64,000 bases of DNA from Nymphaea colorata (lineage: Eukaryota), in NCBI RefSeq assembly GCF_008831285.2, contig NC_045138.2:17732001-17796000 (forward strand), in the 5' to 3' direction. Positions 25,270 through 38,924 of this stretch are shown piece by piece. The position numbers were made by a program, and so were the translations under genes. The notes under the pieces were generated by a model. The model ran no database searches. It saw only the letters and a list, made by a program, of their open reading frames with translations, and had not been told where the DNA came from. Positions within the stretch are counted from its first letter, which is position 1, and each line of letters opens with the position of its first letter.

Positions 25270-26867
25270 GGCCTGGATTACATAAGAAACAGGTGATTAA
25301 ATTGGAAAAAGGTCCCATCCAAACTGAAGCGGGTTTTTGTTATCCTCCTAAACTTGAGCAATTTTTGTAGAAAGTTTATGTTTGTGTGCGTACACACTTG
25401 AGCTTAACATACATTAGTTAGATATTCTAGTTAGCCTTTTGGACTTCCTAATAATGATACAATTTTCTGGAATTTGATCCTGCACTTTTTGAATATCTTG
25501 ATTATTAAGTTATTAACTAAGGTGTCTTTTGGTGGGTGTATATCCATGTTGCCCTTGCTTGAATAACTTGTATCGCTACCTTATTCATATTTTATAAGTC
25601 CTTTGGATATGCTTTATTCAAATCCTTATCCTTTTACAAGGAGGATTACATGTTTTGGAACATATACTTTATCTTTCTTTGGGTCATAACATATTTTCTG
25701 TGCAGTGTGCACAGGTTTTTTGCATCTTTAATTGCTAGCAATTGTGCACAACTACAAACTTATATAGGCATACATGCAAGTAGCTGATTGGCCATTGTAA
25801 TTCTGTGAATCTGCGTGTGTCTCCCTCTATATATAATAGTGTTAGCATTTTTATGCTATTGCTTATTTGCTCATAAATAGGTTTTCTGTTTGTTCAATTT
25901 TTATTCTTTTTAAAACACTTATGCTTTACAGTTTCTTCCTTGCTTCAACTCTGGGTGTTGCAGATCACCATGTCTCAATGGTTTTGACAAATAGTTGGCA
26001 ATGCATGTCTCTTCAAAAGATTCTGATAATCATGAGTGATTGGAAAAATATACTACTCAACACTCCTGCCATGGGTCTCAATTTTGAGTCCTTGCATTTG
26101 CAGTTTTTTACCAATAAAGAATTAACAAGTTAATCCATGTTATTTGTGTTTGTGAGTTACTACTGCCCAACTTTCTGAGCACATTTTTTATAAGATCCAC
26201 ATACTTTTTTTCCAGTTCTGCTATGTCATTGTACTTTGCTTGGAGACATAAGCTTGGTGTTTGATAAATTTTAGTTTTTGAAGGACTTATAACAGGCATT
26301 TATTGGCATAAATGTCAGTAGTGATAGGTTTTAGTTTTTTAAGGCATTATGACAAGCATTTATTGATAAATGTCTGTGGTATGAAGAAAAATATAAAGAA
26401 GTGATTTGTCCAAAATATATCCATGCCTGTCCTCTCGTATGTCATGTTAATGAAACAATGCTTGATTAAAGTGGGAAATCCTCACGGCCAAACATTGACA
26501 TTTGATTGCACCATGTTAGAGCATACCGTATGTTTTGACTTCACACATTGATGAAGTAGTATACAGAACATTATAAGATCACAAACCAAATATAGATGTG
26601 TACATAGTATCGGATATATAATTCACAATGTATTTGAAATGGCAATTGTTGTTGGAGGTTTGGTGTTGACTACGTCAAATTATACATGTACTCTGAACAG
26701 GTATAACTTGGTCCAAATACGTCCTCCCTTCATTAGGCTTTGTTTTGACTCTCTAGTCTGGATGAGGAGATGACACTAATGGTTTACATTTTATAACATG
26801 GAGTTAACATTTTATTTTTTTTCTTTTCCATGTTTTCCTTCACAAATGATAACATTAGGATTTATAT

Positions 26868-27599
26868 CATCGTTGTAAAAGGCATACTGTATTGCGTATT
26901 GGTCAGGCTGACATATATGCCATATTGTAACGTATCGTAAATCTTAAAATTATCTTTTAATTTATAAAAAATAGAAGAATGGAGAAAAATTGATCAAAAT
27001 TCAGAAAAATAATGACAAATGTGTTCTATATAAAAAACTGATCACACAAGATTCACCATTCATGAGCCATAATATGTTAACAAGTAACAACACATTCAAA
27101 ATAACTTAATAAGTATAAAGCGTGTTCACATCACAACATATAATTCTTTTCTGCCAAAATAATAACTGAAAATATGTTTGTGAATATCATGAATCCATGT
27201 TGATCATTAATCAATACATATCGGTCTCCACACATAAATCTTCCTTCAAACTGGCTGTATTCTCTTTCAATTTGATTATCACTCATTTGAGCAAGTTCTC
27301 TCAAAAACCTACAAAGGCTCCCCCTCCAAAGCTCTAGAAGTGTTTGAAATGTGGGAGGGCAGCAAGTTGTAAAACAAAAAATTAGACAAAATGAAAAAAA
27401 AATGCCCTAGCCCCATATCATAAGTTAAGGGGTGTATCGGCCGTATTGTCTGACACGGCAGCCATATCGTAAGTTTTGGTCAACACATCACCGATATACT
27501 TAAGAAGAGTATATTGGTGGTGTATTGTATAGGTTTCTTTAACCTATATGATACATGTCGTATGACACGGGCCTGTGTGGTACAATATGGATAACACTG
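26868..27599. mobile_element. Non-autonomous hAT element (732 bp)
   Basis: Perfect 8-bp TSD atttatat (26860-26867, 27600-27607). Imperfect TIR catcgttgt / ataacactg. gtat(c/t)g-type subterminal repeats. Confidence 0.75.
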
Positions 27600-30204
27600 A
27601 TTTATATCCCCTTTTTTCATGAAATATTGTATTAGCATCTGTTACTGTCATACTTTGATTGCAACAGAATATAGTGAACTGGTATGCAAGTTAACAAGGT
27701 CATGAAGCAAGTGCTTTATTCATAGGAGCTTGATAGCATTAGACTTTCTCCATAAGTATAGGTGGGAGATGTAGTTTTTGGCTTGTTGCTTTCCTGGAAA
27801 TAGTTATATCTAGACAGATTGTTGAAAGCTTATCTCCCCAGTTAAATCAGCATTTGACCATTGAAAAAGAGAAATATATGATTATATGCTGATGACATCA
27901 TCTACTAAATGCAAGTTTTTGATGCTTCTGGTTGAAGTCATTTGCAATTAGCTGAGCCTTATATCTTTCATTATCCCATCAAAAATTTTTGCTTGACTTG
28001 TGTTTCATATATGGTTCTTTCCAACGAGTTTTCTTCGAGCTGTTGTGCCTGTCACTGAAAAGCGACACTGGTGAAAACAAAAACCAGGACTGGACTCAAG
28101 TATTCTTTGACATGTTTTCTCTGATTGGATCCCTCCAATCGGAATCGCTGGGAGATAGTCTCATGACCTTTTCTGATTGGATCCTTTCTGCAGGAAGAAG
28201 TTGTCCTCTTTTCTATTTTTTTGGTTACTTATTTTTCCCAATACATTTTTAGCCTTTAGGTGTGCTTGCTCCATCTGGACAGTAATTTTACTTTTGTGTC
28301 CGTTTATCTATGTATGTGTTACTTGCATAAGATGAATGGATTTCCTCACATTCTAGAAAATTTGGACATTCTTTTCCATTTATCCTGTGCTGTTGTCTTC
28401 CTCTCCAGTTCGCTAATAATGATGTAATGAGGTGGATTATCTACTTTGTTTGACTTCCTCATAATCAGTTGAACCTTTGACCATCTCCAAACTTCATTCT
28501 TCTTGAAGCAGTCTTTTTTGTTAAACATATTTAATGAGATCCATGTTCTCTCGGCCCTTTTTCTTTCTGCTTGAGCCTTCTGGATCAGTTTTTGCTCTGT
28601 TATTCTCCTTTTTGTTTCTGATGCTGATATCCTTGTAATTGCAAGTAGATAGACAATTAATGATCTTGCCATAAACCAAATTCAGGGTAAATATATATCC
28701 TCAATTTACTATACGCATGTTGTGTGCCTGCTAACCTTTGGCAATGAATCCCTCTAGTATTTTACTTCTATTCATGTATGCTAAAAGCACTATGCTGTTA
28801 CTTCTTACTGTTGAGGTTCTGACAGAAACTTTCTTTACTCCATTATTTACCCATGTTCCTCAGATTTCTAAACGCACCGTTAAGATTTCTAAATGCACCA
28901 TTATTTATCACGAGGACATGGGAATTCAGTGTCCTCGCCTCATGTCTACTACCACTGAAGCATCCGGTGCACGTGTAGCTGGAGCTAAAATTTATAACCA
29001 ATAGCCAAGCTTCTGTTCAAATCCTCGATACGATAGCATACTTTTAGGTAGCATAAAAACCTTCAGTTTAATATTTGCAGGTGGACGTTTCAAGTCTGTA
29101 ATATGCAGTTGCCATATATTGGAAAAAGGCCTTGTTTGGATCCTGGGAACTTGTAACAGAATGGGTTCTACCTTTATGGTGGTATTGATAATGACACAAC
29201 GAGTTTTTCGATCTTGGCAACATCAAATTGTTTATAAGCTTCAAACAAGTTCTCACCTTCTCCTGTTTATTTTTTATATGCAGAGTGGAAGGAGTGGCTG
29301 AACAACTTGCTCTATTTTGGAAAGCAAGCACTGGTCATTTTTTCTACATGTTCTGAATGGTGGTTATTTTGCTCCTTGAATCTTTTTTTTGTAATCTCTT
29401 GAGGTGCAGTCTCTTTTTCTGGCAAGAATTTTTCTTTCCAATAGTCATTCTCTGCAAAAAATTGATTCAGAACTTCATGGATAACGTGGTATAAGGTGGC
29501 CCATCGAAATGGCATCAACAGATGCATGGTATGGGAGAACACATTGTTCAAGAATCTGAATTCCGAATTATACTGATTTCTGAACGAGGAAACGGGGTAG
29601 ATGGCTGTGCATATAACATTTAAAGCAGAGTCTTTCCTACATTCAAGTATGTTCGATGTAACACTCTGTGGAAGTATTTCACAGACGTGGCCCGCTGCCT
29701 ACCACGGATCATTAGCCGACAGCAGTTCCTGTCAACTTGGCATTGTCGTGTGCTCGACACGGTGGTCAATTTTGCAAGCAGCAAAATCCGAAAGACGCAC
29801 AATCACACAGTGATAATCTCGTTCTGCGGCGTCCGTTGATCATCTTGCTGGAGTGCGCTGATGGAGAAAGCAATGACATCACCGTCTGCATCGCCTTTTT
29901 TTTTTGTTTTTGCTTTTAACCGGTGGCTGTCAAAAAGTCCTTTTGGAACAGAATATATATCAGATTGTTGTATCAAACCATTTTGTGATTAATTGATTTT
30001 TGATTTCGTATTCTGATATGAGCCTCCAACTACATTTTCTAGTTTGTAATAGCTTCAGAAATACACGAATGGAATTTCATACAATGGCTGAAACATTTTT
30101 CTTTCCAATGTCTTTACAAGTAAAATGGAAAGGAGGGCATCGTCAACGGGCAACTTCTCTGAGGTGAGGAAAAAATGGAAATCCTATAACGTGTTCAAGT
30201 ATCT

Positions 30205-33200
30205 TCAAAGTATCCAGCATCTGCAACCTTGTGAATCTTGGGGCCCTTCAAACCAACGGTCCCAAGCTGGGTTCGCAGGTCCAACTGTTCTGCATGACAT
30301 GATCAACAAACAAGTCAGTAGGACGTTCTGAGGCTGGAGGGGAGAAAATGATAAAAGGCCGCAGAGCAACATTCTTACATAGGGAGAAAAGGGTCTGGTT
30401 TCGCTTTTACGTAAAGCAGCAACCTGAAGAGAAAAAAACAACTATACGTTTTAGGAGATATGAGGATTGTAGATGTACATGTGAAAAAAGCACAAAGGAT
30501 ACGTACTCTTGACATGCGATGGAAACTTTATCCGTCTTAGCTAGCTCTTCCATTTCTTTCTGAAGAAGAAAAACCGGCAGTAAGCTAACTTTCAACATTT
30601 GAAACAAAAGAGTACGAATAATTCTAGAGCATTGTCCAACAGCGGGAATTGACAAGCACTAGTTCTCGAGTACAATGACCGATCGATTGCATATTGTTCA
30701 ACAGAAGGGATTGAGAAGAAACCGTGAGGAACAACATCAAGTGAACAACAAAATTTGACCCTTGCAATTGTTAATTGTGGAATAATATGGGGGCAAAATG
30801 TGCAGCTTAAATCACGCTGGTAATGAATTTCCAAGCGGCAGCTTCACTGAATCACACGAAATGCAAATAAAGCACGTCCAGACAAGGTGTAGATCCTTCA
30901 TTGTGCAATACCATGATCGAAATAATTTAACTTAACCGCCCCTTTTCCAAAGAAAAATGGTAATTGGTAAGTTAACGTGCTCAGCTGTATGTGGTCCATT
31001 ATCATAGAAGTGCATGTACCGAATACCGATGTTTACAGATGACAATAATGTCATTTGAGTCAATCATAAAAGTGCAAGTATTGATGTTTATAAATCACAA
31101 CAATGCTATCTGAGTAGCATTCAGATGAAATATGAATATCCTAGGTAACATGGAAGACCTCATACCGATGTTTGCAAGTCACAACAATGTCCCTCCTGTA
31201 CTGCTATCGAGCATCCCTGGTACAGATGAGTCTCAAATTGAAGACCATTTTATCCACGTCACAAATCACCCAAATGAAGTCTATATCAGGCATAATGGTT
31301 AGCCAAATATATACGTCCAACACCATTATTTGCATGCTGGTATTTTTACTAATTCGATTTCCAAGAATCTCCATTTAGGAATTTCTTAGCAGAGTATACT
31401 CAAAGAAAGAGATCTGCATGACTAAAAATTGCCCATGTGATGATGGAGGGAGAAACAAATATATAAACTTTACATGACATAAATGTGAAAAATCCTATCT
31501 GAAAAGGCAAAATATCTTATAAACAGATCATGCATAACAAAGCCACTGATATTCTACTGCATCTTTGCAAACCCTGCCAAATCTCACTGTAACAAAAGGA
31601 TTGTCATCATATGCATGTGCGCTCCTATGTCTTATGAACACCTCATGTAATCTATAAAAGACAGCACAGTTCTACATCTTCAAACAACTGCAGGCAACAC
31701 GCACTATATGCAGCTTTAACCATTATCTATGGGCTGTTTCATAGCTCCAGCTTAAAAATCAGGTCCTTCATCCTAAACTTGTATCAGGGTCATAAGCTTG
31801 CAGAAATTAAACGTTGGACATGGTTCACACAAATACCTGAAGGACTCTAATGGCTCATGCACTTCTCTGGAGAACTTTTCAACATCAATTACTGAGTTTC
31901 ATGTCATTTACTAATTCACTTTCATTTCTTTATCACAGACAACATCCTTCCTCCATGCCTCACAAGTGTCACACTCCACATTTCTATTAGTGTTCTCTTG
32001 CTTATACTCTACACATTATTTTCCATAACTAATTTTTGACTCTGGTTGTGTGCTGAACTGTTATCCTTTATATGTTAGTGGACCTGGGATCTACCTAGAA
32101 GAGTTAGTCATATGCAACAGTGCGGTGAAGCAACACATTACCGTGGAGGAAAGTGAACTTAATGGGTTGAATTTAAGGGGAAAAAGTGAACATAATCATG
32201 AACATAGAAATTCACTGGCCATGATTCTCAAACAATATTTTTTGCTCGAGTGAATTTTGCACAGCACAAGCTTCTTCATCAATTTTGCATCTGGTGCAGC
32301 ACCAAAAATAGACAGAATTCCTAAGAACACATGCTTTCATTGTCATCTAAAATGATCTAAAAAAGAAGTGATTCACGCTAATATGCACTTTAGATGCCTG
32401 AATCTCTAAGTCAGATAAAATGGCAATATCTACCAAAATTGCATGTGTCACCATGTTTCCAAAAGCAGAAATGCACTAATGGATGAATTTTATTCCAGCC
32501 GCTTGTTCACACATGCACGCATATAGGTCTATTCATGGATTCATCATCTTGCAGACTGTGATTTCTACAGATCAACCATTCTCAAGTCTCATACATGAAG
32601 AATAGCTCCATTAACCATTATCCATTCTGTGGATAATAACCTAATGAAATAACAAGTCGTCGGTGACTACTTCTCATAAATATCTAACAACTATCAGTTG
32701 CATCTCATATTCTCTACATGTATACATGAGCATCCTCATGCACACATTTATAGGTTCTTTTGTTCATTGCCTAATGTAGTTCAGGCTACCTGCAGGAAGC
32801 TACTTATGTAGCTGAATTTATTCTGGTTATGGATAAAACCTGGAGAACTTTCTAATTAATATTGGGGTAGTGGGGAAAGAAACACCTAAATTGTCTTGCT
32901 TGTAATGATGGAGGCAACTCTAACGTCATAAATAGATCATATCAAAGTTTCTTTATTAGAAATTTTCAGGCCTTGACATAATCCTATCTATTTCAGTGTA
33001 AGAAAGGTGTTTCCAAAGACCATGCACTCACATTCACTAAAAAGTTCTTTGGAAACTAGAACTTCACAAACTCACAAAAATCTATTATATGGTATCTCTC
33101 TAACTATGCTGACCAACCCTTCATGTAGCAATGCTACCAATCTACGAATAGTAAGAGAATGTAGTTTCTAATTGGTTATTTGAACAATTGATTACTGGTC

Positions 33201-33764
33201 AAAATGAAACTTGTCCGTCTGATATGATAAGTGGACCTGTTAAATTGCAACCAATGGAAACTTAAATTTTATACATTCTACTGAAAAGAAAAGAAAAGAA
33301 AAGAAAAGCTTGAAGCTCCTTCTATCGCATCAGGCCTAGTGAAGCTGAAGAGTCATCTTCGTCTCGTTGAATCTTGATTGCAGAGCAATCATACGCTCAC
33401 ATTGCAGTCAACATATTAAAACCGGGATCTAACCAACATTTCATTTAGACACAATTCTTTATGTAAAATTTTTCCAATATTTCGTGGTCTAGCAACGATT
33501 TAACCTAAAGCTGCGACCCTTCATCTTCAATCTGTATCCCCAAAAAGAAAGGACGCGGGCACACAGGAATTCAAAGTGAGTGTGAAAAACAAGAAGCAAA
33601 AGATGGATCCAACCTAAGACACAAGACTAAAAACTAACCTCGAGAAACCGCGCCTCTTGCTCCAGCCTCTTCAACTCGGCTTGAATCCGGTGCCTCCCCC
33701 GTGCATCCGCCACCTCGAGTAAAGCTGAAGCTTCTACCCGCAACTCAACATCTGCTGTCTGCAT
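30205..33764 (-). CDS. AGG2: Heterotrimeric G-protein gamma subunit, type A (AGG1/AGG2-like), 102 aa
   Basis: GT-AG exons 33764-33639, 30559-30507, 30423-30379 and 30289-30205 give MQTADVELRVEASALLEVADARGRHRIQAELKRLEQEARFLE-KEMEELAKTDKVSIACQE-LLLYVKAKPDPFLPI-TVGPANPAWDRWFEGPQDSQGCRCWIL*. DPFL motif and C-terminal CaaX (CWIL). Confidence 0.95.
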
Positions 33765-34680
33765 CTCCCAACCCTAGTATCTACAAAAGATTTGGAAAAA
33801 AGAAGGCAAAAAGCAAAGGAGAAAAACTAAAAAATCCGAAGGTGGGAATTCATTGACTCATGAAGAAGACCCTTATTCTCAAGACCCGCCAGATGATTCC
33901 ATGAAAAACAGAGGACTCCCCTTGAAGTTCCCTCCAGAAAGATCAAAAGAAATATGAAAAGAACTTCTCCGTTGTATATCAGAAAACCAACACCATAATT
34001 ATTTAAAAGACAAGGCAAGAGATTAAGCAGTAATAAAAGACAACCGAACTAAGTTTTTGCAAAACAGACGACGGTCTCAACAGAAGGAATGTGAATGCCC
34101 CGACACCAGTGGCAACAAAAGAATAATAAAGACTATATTAAAGAAAAACAAAAAGAAAAAGAAGATCAACTATCGGAAAAGGGAGGAGAGGCGCAGGAAA
34201 GAGAGAGACGGCGGAGATTCTGAGATCTTCAGAAAGGGCGAGAAGAGCGACAATGGCGGAAGAGAAGGAAAAAGAGACGCGATTGAGGTGAAATGAGAAA
34301 AAAGCGTGCGAGAAAAGGTGAGGAATTTTTTGCGGGAGTTGGATAAAAGGAGGAGGAGGGGAAAGCGCAATAAAGAAAAGACCAGGGCGCAAAAAGGCGG
34401 CAGAACCTTTCTTTGGTTTCTTTACGACACACACCCCAAGCTCTTCTCTTATTTTCAACTTGGGCTTGTCATTTTATCTAATTCGGAAAAGCGGCCTAAA
34501 GTCACAGCAGGTTGTATGCAGGGTGTCCGCTTCAAGTGGGTTTCAATGCCGTTTTCTTTATTGGTTGAGCATGCTCACTTAAAGTAGATCAAAGGCGATC
34601 GAGTTTTGTATTTAAAAAATATCTTTGACCTATTCTAATAATTTTTTTATTTCAGAACCATGGATTCAACATGATCCGGT

Positions 34681-34777
34681 TTTTTCTTTTCATTCGATCT
34701 TAAATCTATGTTTTTTATTTTTATTTCAGATCCATCACACTTTTTCTTTTCATTCGATCTTAAATCTATGATTTTTA
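34681..34777. repeat. 60-bp-period tandem duplication upstream of the G-gamma gene
   Basis: tttttcttttcattcgatcttaaatctatg occurs at 34681 and 34741. Confidence 0.85.
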
Positions 34778-36826
34778 ACACGTAAGATGAATCATGATCT
34801 TTTCAAACTACTGTTTAAGAAGTGAGTCCTTACAAAAAAGGGAAAAAGCACGCACACTGAAGTCAGACCTCAGGCCCATCTTTTTATTTAATGAGTACCA
34901 TATGGTAATTTATTAAAAAAATTGTATCTATTGACAAGACGGGGCCTCAGGTTCAAAAAGTAATTTCCTTAAAATGCGGCTCATTTCAGGAAATATAAAT
35001 CAAGGAATGGACTTGAGATGAAAGTGTCTCCAATTTTTATGCGTATACTGACAACTAAATCCACTAACATTATTGCTGTCCACGTTGGGCAGCTCTCTCT
35101 CTCAGTACACACAACAACGCAGGTTGACCGTTAAAATAGCATTATCATACGGCTTTTATTATTATTATTATTTTATTTTATTTTATTTTTTTATTCCTTT
35201 GAATTTCCATTTTAGAGTAGATAAGCTCAGGTTGGCTGGTAAAACAACATGTTTTTCGTTTCTTATTTTATTTTTAATTTTTTGAAAAATTTTGTTAAAA
35301 AGTTCCATGTAGTGGTGAATCTTGATAACACCTCAAAGTCAAGCCCCTTTCACCTGATGTGTTTTGTTTGAAAGTGCAGTTTTTCATTTTTTGAAGATTG
35401 ATAGATACTTGCATACTTTTGACATTCCTTAGATATCGACATATTGATTGCATGATGTTTACAGCAAATAAATGACAACTTATGAGATTTTCCCAAGTTT
35501 CTAATGTCCTTATAAAACAATGACTAATGGCTAGGTATTTTGGAAGTTATATGCTTCTAGAAGGTAAACAAATGTATTTAAGTAAAAATAAAGCAGATCT
35601 TATTCTTATTTAGAAACTTATAAAGGAAAATGGTAGTAAATACTTGAACGAGGGACTAGGAGCGGGAGGGGCCGTGGTCCTTTTCTGGATTTTAAAAAAT
35701 AAATAAATAAATATATATTAAAAGTTTAGCTTATCCTATATTAAAAATTTTAAAAACTATATTTCAGCTTCTATTAAAATTTTGAAGCTATAATTTGGTT
35801 AAAATAAATGATGATCTTCTAAAACAGGTTGTTTTTAACAAATTCGGGAAAAGATAAGCTCGTCATTTATAAAATCAGAACAACTGCTACATGATACGGC
35901 AAGGAAGATTAAAAAAAAGCAGACTGACCTCGAAACGTGTCGCCCGGCGATGAGGGGCTTGTTTCTTAGATGATTACACTGACGATTGAGGTGGGAATGT
36001 CATGGGGCACACAAAACAAAAGAGACAAAGCAGTACGCTCGGTGGATCCTTGGATTGCGGGTCCCAAAAGGTTTGACTGGGTCCAAAAGAATGTAGTGTG
36101 GGCCCCGGCAGACCAAACACGCGGTAAAGGTACAGAAAAGGACAGGGTCAGATCCAATCATCACTCACTGAAGATCCACGACTATTAGATTTGGAGCAGA
36201 TTTGGTGAGCTGCCCTCTGATCTTAAGTTTATTATATTTTAGAAAGTAATCTGGAAATTTATTAAGAGTATTTATTTTATGTGGAGATTTTATAATGAAA
36301 TTAAATTCAAGTTGATTAAGGAATCGAACTAAACTGTGGATATAACTCAATTTTTAAGCTTATTAAGTCTAAAGATCCCTTGTTTGTGAGAAGTGCTGAA
36401 GATCATGAAAGTGATAGAATTTGAACCTTACACATATTTCGAAAATCATAAAAAAAACTTGCATATATTAAGCTGTTAAGTAATGCTGTAATGGTATAAA
36501 AGTATGAACTAGAAGATCTTAGATTTTGTCACATATAATATGATAATGACTAACTCTCTCTCTCTATGAATTGAGTAATTTGCAATAAACATTTAATCTG
36601 GGAAAGGATATAAACCTAATTTTTTCGATGTTATTATAGATTTAAGGTCCTTATAAACTTTCATGCATCTAAACGAGAGAGAGAGAGATAGAGAACGAAC
36701 TCTCGTTACCAAAAATAAATTAATATACGATATTTCAAGTAATCGGAATTTTAACGTTATGAATCTCTTTTTCAATAAGAGGTGGGTCGTTCGTAATACC
36801 ATGCTGGGGCGACCACCCCCATAAGA

Positions 36827-36886
36827 TACGTGGTTGACTTATATGCTGCCACGTGGAGAAAAGGAATCTATCGTCGTAACACGTGT
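36827..36886 (+). promoter_or_regulatory. Cluster of three ACGT-core G-box/ABRE-like motifs
   Basis: TACGTGG (36827), CACGTG (36850, in gccacgtgg) and CACGTG (36880, in acacgtgt), 60-120 bp upstream of ATG 36945. Confidence 0.55.
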
Positions 36887-36944
36887 ACACAGGCAATGTT
36901 CTCCTCCTAACACCTTCCTCCCCTCTCAGTCGCTCGGCTTTACA

Positions 36945-37354
36945 ATGGCGTCTTCCACCTTGAGCATCACCATTTTCGGAAAGTACGTCCCTGTACCTTC
37001 CGCCATGCCGCCGCTTCGAACCACCAGCAGACGCATCCTCCGGACTCTCTCAACTCCATGCAAGCCGGAAACGGGCACGCCGGCGATGCCTCTGCTCGAG
37101 TCCTGGACTTTCAGCGTGCTCACGACCAAGCCTGATGTGTGGCCTCCGCCGGGAATTGACGATCCATTGCCACCGCCGCCAACTCCAGGACCCGACTTCC
37201 CCAAACCACCGGTGCCGTCGCCTCCGGGACCGGACGTCCCGCCGGTTTCGCCACCCGATGTCGTGCCGCCGGTGCCGCCTATACCATCGCCGCCGTTTCC
37301 AGACATTCCCGTGCCTCCGCCGGATATAGTGCCGCCGGAGATAAAGCCGCCTGG
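36945..37354 (+). CDS. Proline-rich protein of unknown family with a transit-peptide-like N-terminus (first exon; 3' end uncertain)
   Basis: ATG in acaATGGCG context. MASSTLSITIF...S/T/R-rich N-terminus, then PD(V/I/F)PP repeats in a GC-rich exon. Probable donor GG|gtgggc at 37354/37355 with candidate acceptors near 37427-37440; the unspliced ORF stops at 37400. Confidence 0.7.
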
Positions 37355-38763
37355 GTGGGCGTATACCTTGTCTCTTGTCATGGGTTTGTTAAAGTTCTAG
37401 AATTTTTTTTTTCCTGTTTTCCTCCAGTAGATGCTCGTAGGCCCTGTTTGGCTGATCCTGAAATCCCCGTAAATTTAGAAAGCATCGCGATAACGTTGGT
37501 AGAAGCTTTCCTCTAAGAAACAAATGACCTCTTGGCTTTGTAGATTCAACAGATCTTTAAAGTTCCTGAGATACAAACTTTCGAATTCGTGAAAGTGGTC
37601 GGTCTTTTGGCAACTTGAGTTCACGAACGGAGTTGGATTAATTGTCAGTTCCCGAATATGGCGAAAACTCCCGCGACTTCTTACCAAAGAGAGTCTCTTT
37701 ACAAAGACGGAGTATGAAACTAACCACGTTCCTGGATTACGGGTTGGATTTTGGATACCCTTTCCTGGACCAGATTGAATTCACTGGGTTGATTTGAGTG
37801 GTTCCTGCGATGCAAAGGCGGGGTGAGTCGACATATCAACCTCTGAATTCGGGTAGAGCAAAATTGAATTCAAATCCAAAAAATACATGGCGTAATTAAA
37901 AAAAAATTATTTTTTTCAATGTAATTTTTTTTTCATTGGCCAGGGTAGATAGTGTCATGTGTAAGCAAGCAGACCACATTCCCTCCGGCCCTGCTGCGAC
38001 GCCTGGGTATCGTGACAAATCTGGAACCGCTAGAAATCCTAAGAATATTGAAGCTTTAACCAGTATTTGCTTCCAAGATTCAAGTACGCATGTGATTCTA
38101 CGTCTGAAGTTGAGGTTTCAAATTAATCATGTATCGCTGTGGCTGGTTTCATCCGATTAGAATCTGTATTTGAATTATTGCAGTAGCTTAGTCGAGCAGG
38201 GACTGGAGTGGGGGCAGAGCCAGCCATGAGGAAGGCCTAATTATACTTTCAAAATCTTTGATAGGGATTTGAAATATTATTTTTTAAAAATTTTATATAA
38301 AAAATTTACATATGAAATAAAAATAGTTTTTCTTTTTTTTTTTTAGGTGCTAAGGTCCCCTTGGCTCAGCCCTAGCACGAGATGAGACTCTGTCTTTTTG
38401 TTTGGACTTCTTCTTGCAAGGGGCATCAATATATTTATTGCTTGATTCTCACAGGCAATTCTCCTTTTTAGACATTGAGATAAATGAGATTGAACATTTT
38501 TTCTCTTTTCCAAACATTTGAAGAAAGAGAGCAATAAGAGACAACTAAGACTTGAACAACACATTTAAATGGTATGTTATTTAGGATACATCGTTCCTAT
38601 TAGAGGCAGCTTGGCACTAGTAGCAAGTTGTTAATGTCTAATGAAACTGCTTGAAAGTTGGAGTAGATTTATGAAACCTTATAGCATAGTGTTTCATGAA
38701 TCTTCTCAAAATTTAAGACAAAATCCGTTGAAACCGGTTATGAATGCCAAATTGTCTTTTAAA

Positions 38764-38924
38764 GGGATTGTTTGGTAGCAAGAATACACTGAAAGTGTCT
38801 CCTGTATATGTTCCAATTTAGAGATAAATTTACGAGACACCAGTTTTAGCGTTTTATGAACTTGCTCTATCCTTGAAAAAGATTCATGAGTCATTTTTAT
38901 AGTGTCCTTGATGCCAAACAACCT
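38764..38924. mobile_element. Tourist-like (PIF/Harbinger) MITE
   Basis: TIRs ggattgtttggtagcaagaatacact / agtgtccttgatgccaaacaacct. A similar relic lies at ~39091-39265. Confidence 0.65.

Noticed and set aside
34057..34587. Several overlapping ORFs upstream of the G-gamma gene
   Set aside because: Compositional ORFs in the purine/pyrimidine-skewed 5'UTR and promoter region.
36926..37381. Gly-rich 151-aa minus-strand ORF
   Set aside because: Antisense shadow of the proline-rich exon.
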